Assembly: GCA_039586365.1 (NCBI GenBank)
Contig: JBDHKN010000018.1
Coordinates: 1 to 64,000 of the forward strand
DNA from: Gemmatimonadota bacterium
GTDB taxonomy: Bacteria; Gemmatimonadota; Gemmatimonadetes; Gemmatimonadales; GWC2-71-9
Direction: 5' to 3'
Length of the DNA stretch: 64,000 nucleotides
Shown: positions 59,210 to 64,000 of the stretch, in pieces
How positions within the stretch are numbered: position 1 is the stretch's first letter
Layout of the letters: each line of letters starts with the position of its first letter
Notes under the pieces: generated by a model
Database searches by the model: none
Told to the model about the DNA's origin: nothing
What the model saw: the letters and a program-made list of their open reading frames with translations, nothing else
Position numbers and translations under genes: made by a program

Positions 59210-59656
59210 CTACAGCCGCGGTGGCAAATCTCCGTGGGGGGCGATTATTGGCTCAAGTTCGCGTGAGCCGCAGGCTGCACAAATCTCGTACTGTCGGAAC
59301 TGGCGCCATAGCGAAAACAGTATCGGGATCGGCAGGACCCACCAAGCCATCTTTACGAAATCCAGGATCTTCCGGTAGGTCCACGTCACGAGTTGCATGC
59401 TGCGATTTGGAGCCACGGGAACATCGTCTTGCGCCGTCTGAGGTTGCTCAATTGACTGCTCTGAGGACAGCGTGAATGCTGAAAGCACGCGACTCAACGG
59501 TGGCGCTGATGGGGAGGTAGCGGCCGACCAGGTACCTGCAACCAGACCAACGAAGATTGCGGCCGTCCAAACGGTGCTCTCCGCTCGCAGGCTGGATGGG
59601 TGGCGCCGTTTTGGATGTGCCTCAGTACCACAGGAGGTACAATGCTTAGACACCAT
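59210..59656 (-). CDS. Membrane-associated split zinc-ribbon protein
   Basis: N-terminal CTSC and C-terminal CAAC around two hydrophobic segments. Confidence 0.6.
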   Translation of the reverse strand: MVSKHCTSCGTEAHPKRRHPSSLRAESTVWTAAIFVGLVAGTWSAATSPSAPPLSRVLSAFTLSSEQSIEQPQTAQDDVPVAPNRSMQLVTWTYRKILDFVKMAWWVLPIPILFSLWRQFRQYEICAACGSRELEPIIAPHGDLPPRL

Positions 59657-59720
59657 GGCGCACTCTCGGCTGGAGGAGACAGGACCAAGTTATGGGTTTC
59701 TATACTAGGATGCTAGAAGC

Positions 59721-60782
59721 ATGCCAAATAGGAACGTGACAGTAGTTCGTATACTGTTCCTAGCAGATAGTCATCTCGGCTTCGACCTACCAACTCGGCC
59801 ACGTGTGATACGGCGCCGTCGTGGCGAGGACTTCTTTGACAACTTTGACCGCGCACTCACAGTCGCACGCAGCGGCGAAGTCGACTTGGTCGTGCATGGC
59901 GGGGATCTACTCTATCGTAGGCGCGTGCCCGCGAGTCTGGTCCAAAGAGCTTTCCTGCCGCTCAAGCAAGTGGCAGACGGGGGCATCCCCGTCTACCTGG
60001 TGCCCGGCAACCACGAACGGTCAGAGATCCCCTACGAGATGTTGGCGCTGCATCCCAAGATCCACATCTTCGACCGACCCCGAACGTTCGCGACGGAGGT
60101 CAACGGAATCAGTGTGGCGTTGGCGGGATTTCCCTATTGTCGCAACGGTGTGCGCGGTGCATTTGCGGCCCTGCTCGCCGCAACCGGCTGGTGGAGAGTC
60201 GCTGCACCCATCAACCTACTCTGTGTGCACCATTGTTTCGAGGGTGCCACGGTCGGACCGGGCAACTACACGTTCCGAAACGCCAGTGATGTGGTCAGGG
60301 TAGCTGATGTGCCCGAGCAGTTCGCGGCCGTGTTGTCGGGACACATCCACCGGCATCAGATCCTGACGGCGGACCTGCGAGGCCGCGCCCTGGCGACACC
60401 GATTCTATACCCGGGATCAATCGAGCGAACGTCATTTGCCGAGAGAGATGAACTGAAAGGTTACCTAGTGCTCGATGTTGCTCCGGGCTGCAGCAACGGG
60501 GGCGTGCTTCGGAGCTATGAGTTCCGGTGTTTGCCAGCCAGACCTATGCTGCAGTGCGATCTCCGTTCAGGACGGGTTGGTGGTGCCGGACTGCAACGAG
60601 CCATTGAGCACGCTATTGCGCAAGCACCATCAGATGCGATTCTACGTCTCAAGGTGCAAGGGCCGCTGGATGATAGAGCTCGATCCGTGCTGTCCGCCGC
60701 CAACTTGAGATCGCTTACACCGCAGACTATGAACGTGGAAGTGCGAATAGTCGAAGACAGCAGTTTGTCTCGTCGGCGCTGA
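59721..60782 (+). CDS. SbcD/Mre11-like metallophosphoesterase
   Basis: ADSHLG, GGDL, PGNHE, SGHIH, YPGSIERTSFAE. Confidence 0.85.
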   Translation: MPNRNVTVVRILFLADSHLGFDLPTRPRVIRRRRGEDFFDNFDRALTVARSGEVDLVVHGGDLLYRRRVPASLVQRAFLPLKQVADGGIPVYLVPGNHERSEIPYEMLALHPKIHIFDRPRTFATEVNGISVALAGFPYCRNGVRGAFAALLAATGWWRVAAPINLLCVHHCFEGATVGPGNYTFRNASDVVRVADVPEQFAAVLSGHIHRHQILTADLRGRALATPILYPGSIERTSFAERDELKGYLVLDVAPGCSNGGVLRSYEFRCLPARPMLQCDLRSGRVGGAGLQRAIEHAIAQAPSDAILRLKVQGPLDDRARSVLSAANLRSLTPQTMNVEVRIVEDSSLSRRR

Positions 60783-60784
60783 TC

Positions 60785-62005
60785 TCACAGGCCACGACCG
60801 ACCGCGTCGCTCCCGAACTTAGCCCGCACTTCATCCACCGCGCGCGATAATGCTCGGTCACGCTCACTTTCGCCGACGTCGTCTTCGTGTAGATCGAAGA
60901 GTGTGAGCTGATCCACTTCATCCTGTTCACACAGCTTGGACAGCGATACACTGAGCAAGCGGGCGGGCACACGCCGTGCTGCACGGAGTCGCGCCAACAA
61001 CTCCTTGGCGACCGCAACGACGGATCGGTCGGACATGAGGGGCTCGGGTAGAGTGCGGCTCTTCTGGCGAGTTGTGAAATCGTGATCACGTATCTTCACC
61101 GAGATGGTGCGTGCAGCCCAGCGGTGTTTGCGCAGGTCGCCCGTAGCCCGGTCCACTAGGCGCAACAGCTCCCGCACGAGGTCAGCGTCTTCCGACAGGT
61201 CCGTTGCAAACGTCTCGTCTCGACTGATCGACTTGGCTTGTGCTCGCGGTTCAACCGGCGTGCGATCTGCGCCGCGTATTCGGTTATGAAGCCAAGCACC
61301 CGTGCGCTCGCCGAACCACTGCTGCATAGTCGGCAGGTCGTGGTGCAGCGCGTCGTGTACCGATCTCATGCCGAGGCGCCCAAGTCGCTCTTGAAAGCGA
61401 GGCCCTATGCCTGGGATGTCCGCGAGGTCAAATCCGGCCAAGAACGCCGCCTCCGCTCCGGCGGGAACGATGACTACACCGTGAGCTTCGGGCGTGCGGT
61501 GCGGTTTCGCGCGATTTGCCGCCAGCTTTGCTACGAGTCGGTTGCTGCCCCCACCGATCGACACGGAGATGTCGGTTTGGTCCAGTACGGTTGCCCGAAT
61601 TTGCCGGGCTGTGGTTTCCAGCGACTCGCCGCAGTACAGTTCCTCGGTACCAGTCAGATCTAGGTACATCTCGTCAATTGACGCAGGTTCAACCACCGGG
61701 GTGAACTGTTCCAACACCCTCACAATCGCGCGGCTCTTCTCGCTACAAAAGCCGCGTGGCACCCCCACCACCATCGCCTCAGGACAAAGTCGCAGCGCCT
61801 GGGCCGTAGGCATACCAGATCTGGCCCCGAACGCCCGGGCAGCATACGACGCGGAAGTCACAACTCCCCTCCCTTGAGCGGAGCCGCCCACCAGAAGAAG
61901 CTCCGCCCGACCGGCACCGTCCGGGTCGTTCAGCCGGGCGACCTGTACATAGAAAGCATCGGCATCCACTTGGAGGATGCGCGGTGTCCGGGAATCCACG
62001 CCCAT
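60785..62005 (-). CDS. dinB: DNA polymerase IV
   Basis: VDADAFY, SYAARAFG, SIDEMY, AKLA..RAKP; little-finger domain. Confidence 0.93.
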   Translation of the reverse strand: MGVDSRTPRILQVDADAFYVQVARLNDPDGAGRAELLLVGGSAQGRGVVTSASYAARAFGARSGMPTAQALRLCPEAMVVGVPRGFCSEKSRAIVRVLEQFTPVVEPASIDEMYLDLTGTEELYCGESLETTARQIRATVLDQTDISVSIGGGSNRLVAKLAANRAKPHRTPEAHGVVIVPAGAEAAFLAGFDLADIPGIGPRFQERLGRLGMRSVHDALHHDLPTMQQWFGERTGAWLHNRIRGADRTPVEPRAQAKSISRDETFATDLSEDADLVRELLRLVDRATGDLRKHRWAARTISVKIRDHDFTTRQKSRTLPEPLMSDRSVVAVAKELLARLRAARRVPARLLSVSLSKLCEQDEVDQLTLFDLHEDDVGESERDRALSRAVDEVRAKFGSDAVGRGL

Positions 62006-62066
62006 GAAAGGAAGTATACTGCAGCGGCCAGCAGGCTACTGGAAGCTGAAAGCTGGTAGCTGGTGG

Positions 62067-63872
62067 TCAGCGCCCTCGCACCACAGGCAGTTCGATCATG
62101 GAAGCGTGAGCGGTGTTGCGAGCGACCGTGATTACCGGATCGCCAGTAGCGGGGATTCGGGTGAACAAGCCGTTGTCATGCCCTGCGATGGCCACACGAA
62201 TGCGGTGCCCGGCTCTAACAAGTACTGACGTTGGGAGCAGCCCGAAAGTGATTGCCGTGGTCTCTCCGGGAACAAGGGGCTCACCGTCCTGTGTCTCGAA
62301 GGAATGGTAGGGGATGTCCAATTCGTAGGGTGGCGTGTTGTCTGACACCTTTCGATGCAGTGCCCGCAGCTGACCCTCAGTTATGTAGGTGACCGTACCC
62401 GCTTCGTCGACGTCCTCCAGGTATACGAAGAAGGCGCCATCCGTATGGGTCGATGTCACGTACAACGTGACGACGGGATAGCCCGTGATCTCGAGGTCTT
62501 CATAAAGGGGATCGCTTGTGTAGGTAAGGAGCCTGTCATCCTCGTCGCGCCGGTCGGGATAGATCACAGGACCGTCCAGTGCTGTGTGCCAACGAGTGTT
62601 CTCACCAGTTGTAGCGGTGAAATCCACCGCGTAGGTGTCACTGCCTGCAGGCTCGGCAGGTGGAGAAGTGGACAGTCCGTTCGCCGCATCGAAGTACCAC
62701 CGCTCGGTAGCGGTCCCTGCGACCGGCCACACGTTTGTGGACCTCCACTCCTCAGCACCAAGAGTGTAGTAGTAGAGCACCCTTTCCACGGTCCCAGGAC
62801 CGTCTTGCTTGAGGTACCGGTCCATGAAATTCAGGGCCTCGTACCACTGTTGCCCCAGCTCCGGTTCTGGGGGTGTCCCGGGTGGGCGGTATGGGCTGGC
62901 ATGGCCCCATCCGGCGTTCGTCCATGCTCCGATCACGGCTTGCTGCGGATTGCTGAGCGTCATAAAGCGGGTGAGCGTCGCGTGAGCGCTGGAGTGGTCC
63001 ATCCAGCTTCCCCAGCCGTACACGGCGGCATCCGATCCCTCCAACGCTTCCCGGTATGAGTGGGCGCTCATATCGTTCATGGTGATGCCGAGCGAGGACA
63101 TCTGATCGCGGTAGACTATTTCCCTGAACCCTTCATAGACGCTGCCGTTATTGACATGCTCGGCAACGGCATCTGACAGAAGAGAGCCACTGTAGTCATC
63201 GTCAACACGCTTGACACTACGGTTTGGTTGCCCTGGCCACTCGTTTGCATCGAAAAACACGTTCGCAGCACTCCAGGTGCCGACGAACCAGTCAAGGAAG
63301 ATCCCCCCTGGAAACGCGACGTCAGTGTAGATGTCGTATTGGGTGAACGCCGGGACTATCACCCGTACAGCTCGATGACTCGTGGTGCTCAGGAACTGCG
63401 CCGACATACCCTCGTAGGAGATGCCCCACGCACCGACTCGGCCGTTGGACCAATTCTGTTCGATTACCCAGTCGACTACCTCTGAGAAGTCAGCCAAAGC
63501 AGTCTCGCTCCACGGATAGGGCCACGTTCCGAAAGAAGCGCCGGTGCCGCGTTCGTCCACGGTCACAAATGCGTAACCCCGGTTGCTGGCCACTCGAGTG
63601 CGCCAGTCGACATCGTCTCCGTCTTCAGCCCGCCAGAACCGCGTCATGGACACGATTGTGGGTATTTGCGCGTCGTACGGCAGTGGGTATGGCAGAGTCA
63701 CATCGACTGCAATCCGCACCCCATCCCACATGGTCAGGTACTCGGCATCAGTACGGTAGTACTCGTACTCGGGTCCGAAGTTGGCTTCGACGGACTCTGT
63801 AAATTCCGGGAGATCGGGATCGCACGCTAGAAGAGAAAGCGCGCAGATGATCGAGAGGATCGACAGTCGCAT
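62067..63872 (-). CDS. CocE/NonD-family hydrolase, probable lipoprotein
   Basis: LLAC lipobox; DERGTGASFG, WSNGRVG, GISYEG; PepX_C-like C-terminus. Confidence 0.88.
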   Translation of the reverse strand: MRLSILSIICALSLLACDPDLPEFTESVEANFGPEYEYYRTDAEYLTMWDGVRIAVDVTLPYPLPYDAQIPTIVSMTRFWRAEDGDDVDWRTRVASNRGYAFVTVDERGTGASFGTWPYPWSETALADFSEVVDWVIEQNWSNGRVGAWGISYEGMSAQFLSTTSHRAVRVIVPAFTQYDIYTDVAFPGGIFLDWFVGTWSAANVFFDANEWPGQPNRSVKRVDDDYSGSLLSDAVAEHVNNGSVYEGFREIVYRDQMSSLGITMNDMSAHSYREALEGSDAAVYGWGSWMDHSSAHATLTRFMTLSNPQQAVIGAWTNAGWGHASPYRPPGTPPEPELGQQWYEALNFMDRYLKQDGPGTVERVLYYYTLGAEEWRSTNVWPVAGTATERWYFDAANGLSTSPPAEPAGSDTYAVDFTATTGENTRWHTALDGPVIYPDRRDEDDRLLTYTSDPLYEDLEITGYPVVTLYVTSTHTDGAFFVYLEDVDEAGTVTYITEGQLRALHRKVSDNTPPYELDIPYHSFETQDGEPLVPGETTAITFGLLPTSVLVRAGHRIRVAIAGHDNGLFTRIPATGDPVITVARNTAHASMIELPVVRGR

Positions 63873-63901
63873 GTGTCCGCGTTCCTTCATTGTCATGTGG
63901 C

Positions 63902-64000
63902 TCAAAATTCCCAGCGCGCCCCGATGGTCGGCAGCACGCCAATCAGCTCATGGGTTCCGCGGTAGACGCCGACTTGAGTGGCGCTCAAACCCTCGAGGTA
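63902..64000 (-). CDS. C-terminal fragment of an outer-membrane beta-barrel protein, TonB-dependent-receptor-like; continues beyond the window
   Basis: Open frame from the window edge reads ...LIGVLPTIGARWEF-stop, a typical terminal beta-signal. Confidence 0.6.
   Translation of the reverse strand, partial: YLEGLSATQVGVYRGTHELIGVLPTIGARWEF

Noticed and set aside
1..64000. Transposases, integrases, prophage genes, tRNA or rRNA
   Set aside because: None recognised in the ORF track or by eye

Overview
This is a gene-dense, GC-rich bacterial window. The PadR plus duplicated-permease pairs, the Ser/Thr kinase style and the paired VPS10/BNR proteins suggest a Gemmatimonadota- or Acidobacteriota-like heterotroph; that assignment is inference only. 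Most genes encode secreted peptidases and hydrolases, ABC permeases and regulators. The standout is a respiratory-type reductive dehalogenase locus at about 29.7-34.7 kb: rdhB-rdhA-rdhA-rdhB-rdhC plus an unannotated, overlapping 38-aa membrane ORF. On its left are an MIO ammonia-lyase and two damaged genes that may mark an insertion boundary. About 4 kb to its right is a satellite microcompartment operon (ackA-pduS-pduT). Other points of interest are an ECF sigma/anti-sigma pair whose sensor is a Trp/Arg-ladder HEAT solenoid, an Omp85-like barrel with a kinase-like N-terminal domain, and dispersed 7-bp tandem repeats at gene ends. I recognised no rRNA, tRNA, CRISPR array or transposase. All calls come from reading motifs by eye, with no database searches.
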